From: Patescibacteria group bacterium
Lineage (GTDB): Bacteria; Patescibacteriota; Minisyncoccia; Ryanbacterales; GWA2-47-10b
Length of the DNA: 64,000 nt
Assembly (NCBI GenBank): GCA_038065475.1
Contig: JBBTQY010000001.1
Span: forward strand, 26,145 to 90,144
Direction of reading: 5' to 3'
The notes below the pieces were generated by a model that saw nothing but the letters and a program-made list of their open reading frames with translations, had not been told where the DNA came from and searched no databases. Numbering within the stretch: the first letter of the stretch is position 1; each line of letters opens with the position of its first letter. The position numbers and the translations under genes were made by a program. Below, piece after piece: positions 36,989-49,541 of the stretch.

Positions 36989-37013
36989 AGTATAAAATTC
37001 AGTATGTAGTTTT

Positions 37014-37186
37014 TCAGCGGCGATATAACGTAGCGAGATTTTCGCCCTCGAGCTGCAAGGCTACAGCTTCTTCGATATTCTTTGCAAGCTCATCGAGCGT
37101 AGACGCCTCTGTCACAACAGGCAAATCAACCCCTTCCGCCACATAAGAGTGTTCACCGCGCGTGATACGAAATTGGATGATATTTT
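37014..37186 (-). pseudogene. possible HicB/UPF0150-like antitoxin remnant
   Basis: Reverse-strand frame …FRITRGEHSYVAEGVDLPVVTEASTLDELAKNIEEAVALQLEGEN… resembles the HicB N-terminal domain but has no ATG; an in-frame TAA lies just upstream. Confidence 0.25.
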
Positions 37187-37299
37187 AATAACACAGTGCC
37201 TCTACGTAGACAAACAGCTATTTATATGGTACTAATAATACGAATTTGATCTTCAACAACGAGAACGAAAGTTCTCCTGACGGGAAAGGAAACACGAAA

Positions 37300-37866
37300 A
37301 TGAAAACGCAAAACGGACGACCGACCTGCAAGACAAACCTCTGGGCAGCGATCAACCACACGGCGATCCTACTCGCCTTCATCATCGGCTTCATCGCCGG
37401 CAGCATCGCCACCGCGCATGCCGAGGCGCTATGCCGACCCAAGAGCGGAGTAGCCGTGCGTGTGCGTACCGAATGCAAGAAGCAGGAAGTGCAGCTCGAC
37501 CCGATCACCCTCGGCCTGCAAGGCCCTGCTGGCCCCACCGGCCCGCAAGGTCCTGAAGGAATACTGCCAGCGGGCTTCCTCCCAACTCCGGCATTCGACA
37601 GCGGCTGGATCGAACTACCGAACCATGGCGCGGTCATCGATGTACCACACAACGTCGGAGGAGATTACAACGACTACTTCATCGAAGCCAGCTACAGACG
37701 GCCCGCTGAAAACGGTACGCTGAAATCTCATCAAACCGCAGCGGATGTTATCTGGTGGGAAGACGTGACACCAAATAACATCCAAATCGTCACAAATGGA
37801 GATGTGACGAACAACTTCGATGCAGCGCGTATCAGAATCTGGATCATTCACCAGGGCCAGCCCTGA
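37300..37866 (+). CDS. secreted protein with collagen-like (GXY)5 repeat
   Basis: Signal peptide, then GLQGPAGPTGPQGPEG, then a ~100-aa C-terminal β-rich domain. GC-rich. AAGGA SD-like element. Confidence 0.55.
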   Translation: MKTQNGRPTCKTNLWAAINHTAILLAFIIGFIAGSIATAHAEALCRPKSGVAVRVRTECKKQEVQLDPITLGLQGPAGPTGPQGPEGILPAGFLPTPAFDSGWIELPNHGAVIDVPHNVGGDYNDYFIEASYRRPAENGTLKSHQTAADVIWWEDVTPNNIQIVTNGDVTNNFDAARIRIWIIHQGQP

Positions 37867-37891
37867 CCATCGCGCACAGTGCGACACACGC

Positions 37892-37922
37892 CAACCGGCA
37901 ATACCGGCTGGCGATTTTTTTA
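37892..37922 (+). terminator. rho-independent terminator (bidirectional)
   Basis: caaccggcaataccggctgg hairpin plus a TTTTTTTAT run. Confidence 0.5.
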
Positions 37923-38642
37923 TTCAAAAATTATTTTTGCGTCAATCGCATCTGCCCACAGTTTGTATCCAGCATCGCTCGGATGAAAGCGGTCATTGGC
38001 ATAATATATATCAGGCTCATTTTGAAAATGCCCTTCATCAACCGCATACATATTGACGTATGTTACGTTTGGCATATCTTTTATAACGCTCGATACATGC
38101 CCACCGAGCTGTGAGCTTCCGCGTGACCAAAATTTGCGCACGGGATATGGCATATTGAGCACGTCGCCCAAATCACCCGGCGTGAGCAACACGATACGCT
38201 TTGTTTTTTTTGACACGGCATCAAGCGCATTTTGTAAATCACGCTCAAAGCTTGACCACCGGGTCGCATGCGTTACATTATTGCCACCGATCGATATGAT
38301 GGCAAGATCGCTATCGCGCATTTCTGTTATTTGACTCATCAAGTCACCCACACGCGCACCGACTATACCTTTGTTTTCTACATCAAAAGAATATGTATCT
38401 TTATGTCGTTCTAAAACTTGATAATGATACGTCTTTGTATAATCGCTCGCTCCCGTACCTACTGACGCACTATCACCAAGCACTGTTACTATTAATTTTT
38501 TAGAATCGCCCTCGATAATATAATTTTTTGCTGGCGTTACCTCTATCAACGCCCAGGTACGACTCAGATAAAACCAAAAACGCGCACCTGACGCGAGCGT
38601 ATAAACCACCAAAAATATAATAATCGCTTTAATAAATATCAT
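37920..38642 (-). CDS. SGNH/GDSL-family hydrolase, membrane anchored
   Basis: N-terminal TM. Block I VLGDSASVG, block III IGGNNV, block V DRFHPSDAGY. Confidence 0.7.
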   Translation of the reverse strand: MIFIKAIIIFLVVYTLASGARFWFYLSRTWALIEVTPAKNYIIEGDSKKLIVTVLGDSASVGTGASDYTKTYHYQVLERHKDTYSFDVENKGIVGARVGDLMSQITEMRDSDLAIISIGGNNVTHATRWSSFERDLQNALDAVSKKTKRIVLLTPGDLGDVLNMPYPVRKFWSRGSSQLGGHVSSVIKDMPNVTYVNMYAVDEGHFQNEPDIYYANDRFHPSDAGYKLWADAIDAKIIFE

Positions 38643-38899
38643 GTACGTGGCTTGTATCCTTCGGCGCGTAATTTTTGCGCTTTTACTTTTGTGCCGCCCA
38701 TACTGTACCCACCGAGTGTGCCGTCACTGCGAATCACGCGGTGACATGGTATCTGTGGGCTGCGGTTAGTACCGATGATATTGCCCACCGCACGCTGGGC
38801 ACGTGGGTTACCCGCGCGGCGAGCTACCTCACTATACGTGAGTACTTTACCTCGAGGAATCTTTTTTACTATTGAAAAAACTTTATCGCGAAAGGTCAT
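38639..38899 (-). CDS. MGMT-family (methylated-DNA–protein-cysteine methyltransferase DNA-binding domain) protein
   Basis: IPCHRVIRSDGTLGGY contains the PCHR active-site motif. Short single-domain form. Internal Met start. Confidence 0.65.
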   Translation of the reverse strand: MTFRDKVFSIVKKIPRGKVLTYSEVARRAGNPRAQRAVGNIIGTNRSPQIPCHRVIRSDGTLGGYSMGGTKVKAQKLRAEGYKPRT

Positions 38900-38903
38900 A
38901 CCA

Positions 38904-40322
38904 TTAGTATGACAAAAGAAGCTCGACAAGCAAGCGCACTGGCTCGCCAGTTGAACCCTTGGCAAGAAAATCTCCGTCGGCAGTACCTATACGGGATCCT
39001 ATATCAATATGTACCCACGGTGTACCTTTGATAAATTGCCACAAAAACATCGCACCCTCGATAGTGCCTGCGCCCCGCGTTTTACTCGAGTTCGTCACAT
39101 CTGCAAACGTGCCCTTGATCATTCCCTCGTACTCTTCCCACAATGGTAGTGGCCAGATATAGTCACCAGACTTCTCACTAAAATTACGAATTTTCTTCTC
39201 GAGCATTTCGTCAGTAGCAAAAAAAGATGATGCCTTTTGACCGAGGGGTCCCATGGTCAGTGTTGCCACATCAATGACAACCTCTGGCTTGTAGCGCTTT
39301 GAATATTCGAGTGCATCGGCGAGCACCACGCGTCCTTCTGCATCAGTATGACCAATCTCGATCGTCTTGCCGTTCATCGTGCGTAAAATATCACCCACGC
39401 GATAACTGCGACCCGATGGCATGTTTTCTGCAGCGGGTACCAACGCCACGATATTGCGTTTAATGCCAAGCTTGGCCGCCGCCGTAATCGCGTGGATGAC
39501 CGCGGCTCCACCTGACATATCCATATGCATCTCCTCCATACTGTTGCCGGGTTTGATATTGAGCCCGCCCGTATCAAAAGTGATACCCTTGCCTACCAAT
39601 ACTATCGGCTTTTGCCCCAAGTCGCCTGCCATATATTCCATGATGATAAATTTGGGCTCTGAGTCTGATCCTTTGCCAACGCCCAAAATACCGCCCATAC
39701 CCAAAAGCTCCATATCAACAGAACCCAATACCTGTACGTTGATATCCGTACCGTCGGCTGCATCCATCGCCGCGCGCGCAAGTACGGCAGGTGTCATCTC
39801 ACCGCCCGGTGTATTGGCAAGGTCGCGCATCTTGTTGGTTTCCGTGGCGATAATCTGACCTCTACGAAAGCCATCGCGCATGTCACGGCTTTTAGCTCCT
39901 TTGATAAAAATTTTCTCAACACCATTCCAACCTTCTTTGGGTTTAGTTTTGTAGCGATTAAATTCATAGTTTGCGAGCTGCATGTTGACCGCGCACATCT
40001 CACCAATGTCAGCGATCGCTAACGCCAAGTTGGCAAACGCGAAGTCATTCATGTCGATTGAGAGCTGGCGTATATGGTTTTGCTTGGCAATATTAATAAC
40101 GCGACGAAAGAGTGTCTGCAAACGTCGACGCGTCATCTTTTTGAAAGAATCAATACCAATACGAATCTCGCGTCCACCGGTTTTGGTGCGCGTGACCTCA
40201 GTTTCTTTCGACTCAAGCAATACGATGCGGGCAATGTCTTTGCCCTTGGGAAGTGAGTCCACAAAGCTAAAAATGATTGGTTTCATCGCCATTACCCTAG
40301 CAGGTGGAAGAGCTTTTTTCAA
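38904..40322 (-). CDS. pepA: leucyl aminopeptidase (M17)
   Basis: NTDAEGRVVLADAL signature and VGKGITFDTGGLNIKP. Start could be one of the Mets in MKKALPPARVMAMKP. Confidence 0.85.
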   Translation of the reverse strand: MKKALPPARVMAMKPIIFSFVDSLPKGKDIARIVLLESKETEVTRTKTGGREIRIGIDSFKKMTRRRLQTLFRRVINIAKQNHIRQLSIDMNDFAFANLALAIADIGEMCAVNMQLANYEFNRYKTKPKEGWNGVEKIFIKGAKSRDMRDGFRRGQIIATETNKMRDLANTPGGEMTPAVLARAAMDAADGTDINVQVLGSVDMELLGMGGILGVGKGSDSEPKFIIMEYMAGDLGQKPIVLVGKGITFDTGGLNIKPGNSMEEMHMDMSGGAAVIHAITAAAKLGIKRNIVALVPAAENMPSGRSYRVGDILRTMNGKTIEIGHTDAEGRVVLADALEYSKRYKPEVVIDVATLTMGPLGQKASSFFATDEMLEKKIRNFSEKSGDYIWPLPLWEEYEGMIKGTFADVTNSSKTRGAGTIEGAMFLWQFIKGTPWVHIDIGSRIGTADGDFLAKGSTGEPVRLLVELLLSY

Positions 40323-40339
40323 TATGGTAGAATGACCCC

Positions 40340-41569
40340 ATGCCTGAGGTGCTTGCGGTCGCTCTGCCGCTCTCGAAACTCGCGCGTGAACTCTACTTCA
40401 CCGATGTTTTTGACGTGCTCATGGTGACCATCATCATGTATGCGGGGCTCATGCTCTTTAAACGGACACGTTCAAACTCGGTCTTTGCGGGCATCGCCAT
40501 CGTGGTAGGTATCTACGCCGTCTCGCAAGTATTCAACCTCTATCTTACCTCACTCATACTGCGCGCATTCTTTGGCGTATTTATCGTAGTATTGGTAGTC
40601 ATTTTTCAAGACGAGCTGCGAAGATTTTTTGAATTTTTAGCTCTTCTCGGCACACGCCGTGAACAGCGCGATGAAGCCATGGCGGTCTCGCCCCTTATTA
40701 ATAGCCTGTTGCAGGCGGCAACCAACCTTGCGTACCGGAAGATTGGGGCACTCGTCATACTCAGTGGTATAGAAAACATTGACCGACATGTGGAAGGCGG
40801 ACGGGTGGTTGATGGTATCGTCTCACAAGAACTTTTGGAAAGTATTTTTGATCCCACCTCGCCCGGACACGATGGCGCTGTCATCATCAGACACAATCGT
40901 ATCGCTATGCTCGGCACTCATCTGCCACTCTCAAATGATTTTGAACAAATTGGTAAATATGGCACGCGACACGCCGCAGGCCTCGGTATCGCCGAGCGAT
41001 CTGATGCGCTCGCACTCATCGTCTCTGAAGAGCGGGGGCAGATCTCGATCGCGCAAAATGGTAAATTTGAAACCTTTGATGATATCAGCAAAGTAGAAGA
41101 TCGCCTGCGCGATTTCTTTCGCGTTAAATTCCCGCGCGAAGCGTCACCCGTGTGGCGCAATATTGTTCGCAGAAACACAAGCGAAAAAATAGGCGCACTC
41201 GCCATCTCGTCAGTCCTTTGGTTTTTCTTAGTATATCAAACGGGAACCGTGCGACGTGATTTTGTAGTCCCCATCACCTACCGCAATCTCAATGAGACAC
41301 TGGTGGTTGAAACCTCAAACCCCAAGGAGATCACTATCACACTCGAATCACGCGGACGCGCATTTGACCAGCTTGATCCTGCATCACTCGAGATACTGGT
41401 GGATGCCAGCGGCTTTACACCCGGTAAGAAAAAGCTTGTCATTGGTGACAACATGGTCAAACGGCCACTCACCTTCTCGGTCATCTCACTCTCACCACCC
41501 AACATTCAGCTGACTATCGGTAAATCTCCCGAAATACTAGAGACTGATTTGGCACCTCAGGGCCGCTAG
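40340..41569 (+). CDS. cdaA: diadenylate cyclase CdaA fused to a YbbR (CdaR-like) domain
   Basis: Three N-terminal TMs, then a DAC domain (DGAVIIRHNRI, GTRHAAGLGIAERSDALALIVSEERGQISIAQNGK). This is followed by an additional TM and a YbbR-like β domain (…ILVDASGFTPGKKKLVIGDNMV…). Confidence 0.8.
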   Translation: MPEVLAVALPLSKLARELYFTDVFDVLMVTIIMYAGLMLFKRTRSNSVFAGIAIVVGIYAVSQVFNLYLTSLILRAFFGVFIVVLVVIFQDELRRFFEFLALLGTRREQRDEAMAVSPLINSLLQAATNLAYRKIGALVILSGIENIDRHVEGGRVVDGIVSQELLESIFDPTSPGHDGAVIIRHNRIAMLGTHLPLSNDFEQIGKYGTRHAAGLGIAERSDALALIVSEERGQISIAQNGKFETFDDISKVEDRLRDFFRVKFPREASPVWRNIVRRNTSEKIGALAISSVLWFFLVYQTGTVRRDFVVPITYRNLNETLVVETSNPKEITITLESRGRAFDQLDPASLEILVDASGFTPGKKKLVIGDNMVKRPLTFSVISLSPPNIQLTIGKSPEILETDLAPQGR

Positions 41570-41625
41570 CGCGCCATTGACAACTAACCCCTTACGGGGG
41601 TTTACTTGACTACGGAGGGGAGCCG

Positions 41626-42513
41626 TTGGGGTTCCTTTTGTGTTTTAGGATCTTTGACTACACAACGGGGGGAAATGTGAGCCTAGACACTTTACGTGCA
41701 AAAGCGAAGATCTGGTCCTCCAGATTCATTCCGCCACAGCATTGCATACCTCTATCCAACGAGGCGTATCGGGAGATCCGATTCTTCCGGCATCCAGACG
41801 TACGCGTCCTCGACGGCGTGATCCATCACAAGGTCAAAATCGAAAACGGCGTGATCGTCCTCATGTGCTGCGACGGCGATCGCTTTCTTGCTGGACTCCT
41901 GTCCATCGCAGGGCTGTTCGCGACCAAGCACCGGTGGTCGACGCGCGTCGCAAGCTGGATGAAACGTACTTCGCTACTCTTCATCTGGGCCTTCGTGTTC
42001 ATCTATCCACGCATGCACGTCATCTCACGACACGCGGGTGCCCATCGAGTCGTGAAGGGGTCACGCACCAATGCGCCGGGTCGCGCAACAGACAAAGACC
42101 TGCTCGACGACATCATGATGGCGATAGAGCGCATGGGCATCTACCAGATTGTCCTGCTCGACCACTGCGCCTGCCTGAAGCTTGGCGATCATAACTTCAC
42201 GGTCAACGAGCAATTCCACGATCTATTCGAAGCTCGAGATCGCATTGTCGCAGAGTATGCGAAGGTGCGATCTGAAAAAGCCGTTCGTCTTGCTGCGGAT
42301 GGCGACCTGCACGCAGCGACTACCTTGCCAAACCTCCAGGTCATCTGCATGTGCCAGGTCGACTACGGAAAGAAAACTTGGTGGCAAAGACGAAAACTAC
42401 GCACCTACCACCTGGATGGTGCACGGCTCATCGAAGTCGACATCACCAGGCACAAGCCGGCTCACAACCCGAAGATCGCGCGAGCGATCTCCGACTATCT
42501 CGAGGCTGCCTGA
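41626..42513 (+). CDS. hypothetical protein (GC-rich island)
   Basis: TTG start preceded by GGAGGGG. Terminator follows. No recognisable family. Confidence 0.45.
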   Translation: MGFLLCFRIFDYTTGGNVSLDTLRAKAKIWSSRFIPPQHCIPLSNEAYREIRFFRHPDVRVLDGVIHHKVKIENGVIVLMCCDGDRFLAGLLSIAGLFATKHRWSTRVASWMKRTSLLFIWAFVFIYPRMHVISRHAGAHRVVKGSRTNAPGRATDKDLLDDIMMAIERMGIYQIVLLDHCACLKLGDHNFTVNEQFHDLFEARDRIVAEYAKVRSEKAVRLAADGDLHAATTLPNLQVICMCQVDYGKKTWWQRRKLRTYHLDGARLIEVDITRHKPAHNPKIARAISDYLEAA

Positions 42514-42532
42514 AAGCAACTTCGGACACCAA

Positions 42533-42575
42533 AAGGCCAACGCGACATCATCGTGCGTTGGCCTTTTTTATTTTC
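42533..42575 (+). terminator. rho-independent terminator (bidirectional)
   Basis: ggccaacgcgacatcatcgtgcgttggcc hairpin followed by TTTTTTATTTT. Confidence 0.6.
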
Positions 42576-42578
42576 TCT

Positions 42579-44270
42579 TTATTGATACTCGTGTGCAATA
42601 TTGAGCTTGAAACCAAGCGTCTCTAATGCATCGGCAGTATGAGGAAATACTTGACCGTGCTTTTCGAGTCTCTTGAATGCATGACTCTGGCGCAAAATAT
42701 GAATCGTCAGATCGTTGGCTCCGGTGATATATACTTTTTTTTCACGCCGCTCGATGATGGAGACAATTTCATCAAACGCATCAACGCCATCGAGATCGAT
42801 AAAGTAAAGCTCGCGAAGACGTAAAATAATATTTTCATAACCATTGAGATTTAATTCAAAGCGAGAAATGTGTGCCTGACTATCAATATAGGTCAGATGA
42901 CCCTTAATAGAATATACAAGCGTGTGAGAATTTTGCGTAATCTCACCGATATCATGACCTGAAAGCCGACCGACAATTTTTTTGTTCGTATCATTGATGA
43001 CGAGATCGAACTGCCCGCGTGAGAGCGTATCAAGAAAGAGTACCAGCGACACAGCAGCGCCTACCAAAATACCAGCGATGGGATCTTCGTAGATGGTAAT
43101 ACCCGCTACAATCAGTGCGATGATAAAACTCTTTTTATCAATAAGCCACATGCGACGAAAATGCTCGCGCTCAACCATGCGCACCGCAACCGTCACCAAA
43201 ATAGCTGCGATCACCGCGAGCGGTATATATTGAAACGACGTTAAAAGCAGAAAAGAAATCAGCGCTACAAAAAGTGCGCTCATCGCGGCGGACACTTTGT
43301 GGGAAGCGCCACTCTTAATATTGAGCGCGGTTCGAGCCAGCGCAGCCGTCGCAGGTATACCTCCCGCAAAACCTGAAGCAAGGTTTGCCAAACCAAGCCC
43401 AAGCATTTCATTTCGCTTGTTGTGCTTGGTTTTGGTCATACCATCAGCAATTTTTGCCGAAAGCATCGTCTCAAGGATAGCGATAAGTGCAATAGTTACT
43501 GCAACGACAAATAACGAGCGATCGATGTGAAATTCAAATGAGTACGGCAAAAAGAGTCGAGGCGCCATATCGGTATAACGCATACCAAGCGTCTGTAAAC
43601 CTAACGCCACTTTCCCCGTTGCGGACAAGTATCCTAAAAGAATACCGAACGGAGTCAAAATAACAGCTGCGGGTAAATGTGGCACTTTTGGTATTTTTCT
43701 CCATGCGCGCTCAACCGTAAACATCAAGAAAAAGAAAACGGCAAATGTTGCGAGAGCCGCCAAAGACGAGTCGCCAATATGCCGAAAAGACTCGATAAGA
43801 TTGTCGATAAACGCTTCGTGTTTAGGAAGACCGGAGAGTCCAAACGCAAAATTAAACTGATTGAGCCCGATAATAAACGCAACGCCCAACGTAAAGCCCT
43901 GAATGGTATTGGCTGGAATATAAATCAAATATCGTTCGAGCCGAAAAAACCATGCGACTAAGATAAGTGTACCTACAAGCACGGTCAGTAACCATAAACT
44001 GTTTGCGCCATTTGTAAAAACAAATGTTGCCAAAAGACCTGAGAGCGCGCCCGTGGGACCCGTGATATTGTAGTTGCTTCCGCCGAAGATGCCCGCAATA
44101 ACACCTGCCCAAATGGCAGTAACAATGCCTTGGGTCGGTGTTGCACCTGCTGCCACCGCAAGCGATATAGAGAGAGGAATAGCAACTAGTGAGACAGTGA
44201 GTGCCGCCTTCCAGTTATGCTTTGCTTGCTCGAGTGAAAACGGAAAAAAGTAAGAAGCACGCTTCTTCAT
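42579..44270 (-). CDS. SulP-family anion transporter with C-terminal STAS domain
   Basis: Polytopic Sulfate_transp core followed by a ~120-aa STAS-like C-terminus. Confidence 0.85.
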   Translation of the reverse strand: MKKRASYFFPFSLEQAKHNWKAALTVSLVAIPLSISLAVAAGATPTQGIVTAIWAGVIAGIFGGSNYNITGPTGALSGLLATFVFTNGANSLWLLTVLVGTLILVAWFFRLERYLIYIPANTIQGFTLGVAFIIGLNQFNFAFGLSGLPKHEAFIDNLIESFRHIGDSSLAALATFAVFFFLMFTVERAWRKIPKVPHLPAAVILTPFGILLGYLSATGKVALGLQTLGMRYTDMAPRLFLPYSFEFHIDRSLFVVAVTIALIAILETMLSAKIADGMTKTKHNKRNEMLGLGLANLASGFAGGIPATAALARTALNIKSGASHKVSAAMSALFVALISFLLLTSFQYIPLAVIAAILVTVAVRMVEREHFRRMWLIDKKSFIIALIVAGITIYEDPIAGILVGAAVSLVLFLDTLSRGQFDLVINDTNKKIVGRLSGHDIGEITQNSHTLVYSIKGHLTYIDSQAHISRFELNLNGYENIILRLRELYFIDLDGVDAFDEIVSIIERREKKVYITGANDLTIHILRQSHAFKRLEKHGQVFPHTADALETLGFKLNIAHEYQ

Positions 44271-44281
44271 ACAAGAAAAAC

Positions 44282-46817
<2,536 letters not shown>

Positions 46818-46818
46818 A

Positions 46819-48345
46819 CTACTTTATAAATACTTCAGTAAATGATTGAATAGCAGACTTGAGCGCAGTCTCGGTGTCATCATCAATCGCACGACTCGAG
46901 GCAATCTTACTAAATATATCGCCTTGCATTGATTCGATATATTGTAAAAGACCCGCCTCAAACTCTTTGATGCGTGGCTTTGGAATCTCATCGATATACC
47001 CGCCGAGCGCCGCATAAAGCACAACCGCTTCGCGCTCAAACGCGAGCGGCTGGAGATCAGATTGCTTGAGTACTTCGGTCAAAATTTGCCCGCGGTGAAT
47101 TTTTGCCTTGGTAGCGTCATCGAGGTCTGATGCGAATTGCACGAATGCTTCTAGCTCGCGAAATTGTGCGAGCTCAAGACGCAGGCGGCCTGCTACTTTT
47201 TTGACTGCTTTGGTCTGTGCAGCAGATCCTACGCGCGAGACTGACAAGCCCACATTGACCGCAGGACGCAAGCCCTTGGTAAAAAGATCTGACTCGAGAT
47301 AAATCTGCCCGTCCGTAATTGAGATAACGTTGGTGGGCACGTAAGCCGAGATATCACCAAGCTTGGTCTCGATAATAGGAAGTGCCGTGAGTGACCCGCC
47401 ACCAAACTCGCGCGAGAGACGTGCGGCTCGCTCCAAAAGGCGTGAATGCAAAAAGAAAATATCACCCGGGTAGGCCTCTCTACCTGGCGGGCGGCGCAAG
47501 AGAAGCGAGAGCTCGCGATAGCTATCCGCATGCTTTGAGAGATCGTCGTACACGACCAACACATCTTTGCCCTGATCCATAAAATATTCGCCGATGGCGC
47601 ATCCGGCGAACGGCGCTAAATACTGTAATGCCGCGGGAGAAGATGCGGGAGCTGACACCACAATAGTATATTTGAGCGCATCTGCTTCTTCGAGCACGCG
47701 CATGATGCGCGCTATTTTCGCGCTCTTCTGGCCAATAGCTACGTAAATACAAATCGGGCGATTTGATTCATTTTTTTGATTTAAAATGGTATCGATAGCA
47801 ATTGCAGTCTTACCTGTTTGGCGGTCACCAATAATAAGCTCGCGCTGACCACGACCAATCGGGATCATGGCATCAATCGCTTTGATGCCCGTATGAAGAG
47901 GCACATTGACTGATTCACGCGCAACGACTGATGGGGCCTTGCGCTCGAGCGGTGCGGTTTCTGCATCGTCAACATCTTTAAAAAGCGATCCCTTACCATC
48001 AACAGCAATACCCAAAGGACTGACCGCGCGACCTATCATCTCTTTACCTACCGGGATAGAAAGAATTGCACCCGTACCACGTACCTTGGCGCCAACGCGC
48101 ACAGCGGTCGCCTCACCCAAAAGTACCGCACCGATAAAATGTTCTTCGAGATTAAATGCTACCGCGAACACTTCGCCTTCCGGTGTTTCGATTACTAAAA
48201 GTTCTTGTGACTGAGCACGCGAGAGGCCTGAAATTTTTGCGATACCATCGCCCGCTTCAACGACCGCGCCGACAGACTCAAGACCTGGTTCATCACGAAA
48301 ACCAGCGATTTCTTTTTTAAGTTTTTCGACAAGATCGTATTGCAT
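46819..48345 (-). CDS. atpA: ATP synthase alpha subunit
   Basis: GDRQTGKT P-loop. Conserved alpha-subunit architecture. Confidence 0.95.
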   Translation of the reverse strand: MQYDLVEKLKKEIAGFRDEPGLESVGAVVEAGDGIAKISGLSRAQSQELLVIETPEGEVFAVAFNLEEHFIGAVLLGEATAVRVGAKVRGTGAILSIPVGKEMIGRAVSPLGIAVDGKGSLFKDVDDAETAPLERKAPSVVARESVNVPLHTGIKAIDAMIPIGRGQRELIIGDRQTGKTAIAIDTILNQKNESNRPICIYVAIGQKSAKIARIMRVLEEADALKYTIVVSAPASSPAALQYLAPFAGCAIGEYFMDQGKDVLVVYDDLSKHADSYRELSLLLRRPPGREAYPGDIFFLHSRLLERAARLSREFGGGSLTALPIIETKLGDISAYVPTNVISITDGQIYLESDLFTKGLRPAVNVGLSVSRVGSAAQTKAVKKVAGRLRLELAQFRELEAFVQFASDLDDATKAKIHRGQILTEVLKQSDLQPLAFEREAVVLYAALGGYIDEIPKPRIKEFEAGLLQYIESMQGDIFSKIASSRAIDDDTETALKSAIQSFTEVFIK

Positions 48346-48352
48346 ATATTAA

Positions 48353-48730
48353 TTAACGAAAAAGTTTTTTAATACGACGCAGAGCCGTGTGATCAAACTC
48401 GCGTTCATGATCGATGGTGATACGCACGCCTGCGACAAGTTCAGGTTCAGTATGAAATATCACCTCATCATGTTTTGCAAAAAGCCCGCGAAACGCATCA
48501 AGTACTGATTTTTTATGACGACGAGCAAGAGCAATTTCAATAAGCTTACCGCCCGTTTTCTTGCGTTCAATTTCACTCACCGCTGCCGTGATAAGAGGCA
48601 AAAGACGCAAATCGCCTCTACGGTGTATGGCCGATATAAATCTCTTGATAATCCCCGCGTGCGTCGAGGCAGGAGCTGAAGCGAGAGAATCTACAAGCGC
48701 TTTGGCGTAGATGCGGGGCGTATATTTCAT
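48353..48730 (-). CDS. atpH: ATP synthase delta subunit (short form)
   Basis: 125 aa, OSCP-like, in the canonical operon position. Confidence 0.65.
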   Translation of the reverse strand: MKYTPRIYAKALVDSLASAPASTHAGIIKRFISAIHRRGDLRLLPLITAAVSEIERKKTGGKLIEIALARRHKKSVLDAFRGLFAKHDEVIFHTEPELVAGVRITIDHEREFDHTALRRIKKLFR

Positions 48731-49236
48731 AACGCTTTTTGTTTTCTGATATACGCTACTGCTTCGCCTATCAGCTTATCATCAACCCTAGCAGATTCTG
48801 TATCGATCGCTTTAGCGAGTGCGGAGCGCACAAGTGAACGCGCGCTATCGGCAAATTTTTCAAACTCTTCTTGCTCACGCTGAGCGATAACTTCGAGTGC
48901 CGCTCTGCGCAATTCTTCTGCGCGCACATCAGCCTTGTGAACAATATCAGCACCTTTTATTTCAGCCTTTTTCTCTGCTTCACGAATAATACTAAACGCT
49001 TGTTTGTCTGCCTCGAGCGTACGCTCGCGCAGCACTCCATCAATCTCGCCGAGTTGTTGCGTTGCCTTGTCGGCATCGCGTAGGCCTTCTTCTATTTTTT
49101 CTTTGCGCTCGCGCATGACACGCAAGAGCGGACGCCACACCAAAAACGTAAGAGCTGCGAGCAAAATAAAAAAGTTAACTCCTTGGGATACCAGAAGTTT
49201 CCAGTTGATGCCCAGCTGGCTTGCAAGCTCACTCAT
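48727..49236 (-). CDS. atpF: ATP synthase subunit b
   Basis: A single N-terminal TM followed by a long charged helix. Confidence 0.8.
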   Translation of the reverse strand: MSELASQLGINWKLLVSQGVNFFILLAALTFLVWRPLLRVMRERKEKIEEGLRDADKATQQLGEIDGVLRERTLEADKQAFSIIREAEKKAEIKGADIVHKADVRAEELRRAALEVIAQREQEEFEKFADSARSLVRSALAKAIDTESARVDDKLIGEAVAYIRKQKAL

Positions 49237-49257
49237 ATATGGCGCCTAAAAAATAAT

Positions 49258-49497
49258 TTATTCGACGAATTTCAAGACGAGCGACACAACAAGCGCGTAG
49301 ATGGCGATCGCCTCCGCAAATGCGATAGACAAAATCATCGCTGTTTGGATTTTGGGAGCAGCCTCGGGATTGCGACCCATAGCGTCAACGCCCTTTGAAC
49401 CCATCCAACCGATTGCGAGCGCTGGCGCGATAGTACCAACACCCATAATAAACGCGATTGACATGATCTTGATTACTTCAGGACTCATTCCTTCCAT
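49258..49497 (-). CDS. atpE: ATP synthase subunit c
   Basis: Helical hairpin with the conserved carboxylate in …AFAEAIAIYALV…. Confidence 0.85.
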   Translation of the reverse strand: MEGMSPEVIKIMSIAFIMGVGTIAPALAIGWMGSKGVDAMGRNPEAAPKIQTAMILSIAFAEAIAIYALVVSLVLKFVE

Positions 49498-49541
49498 AGT
49501 GATGTTCTTTCAGTCTTATAAATAATGACCTTTCATCTCGT

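Noticed and set aside
37218-37652. 144-aa minus-strand ORF
   Set aside because: It is antisense to the collagen-like gene (Gly/Pro codons mirrored). It has no start signals.
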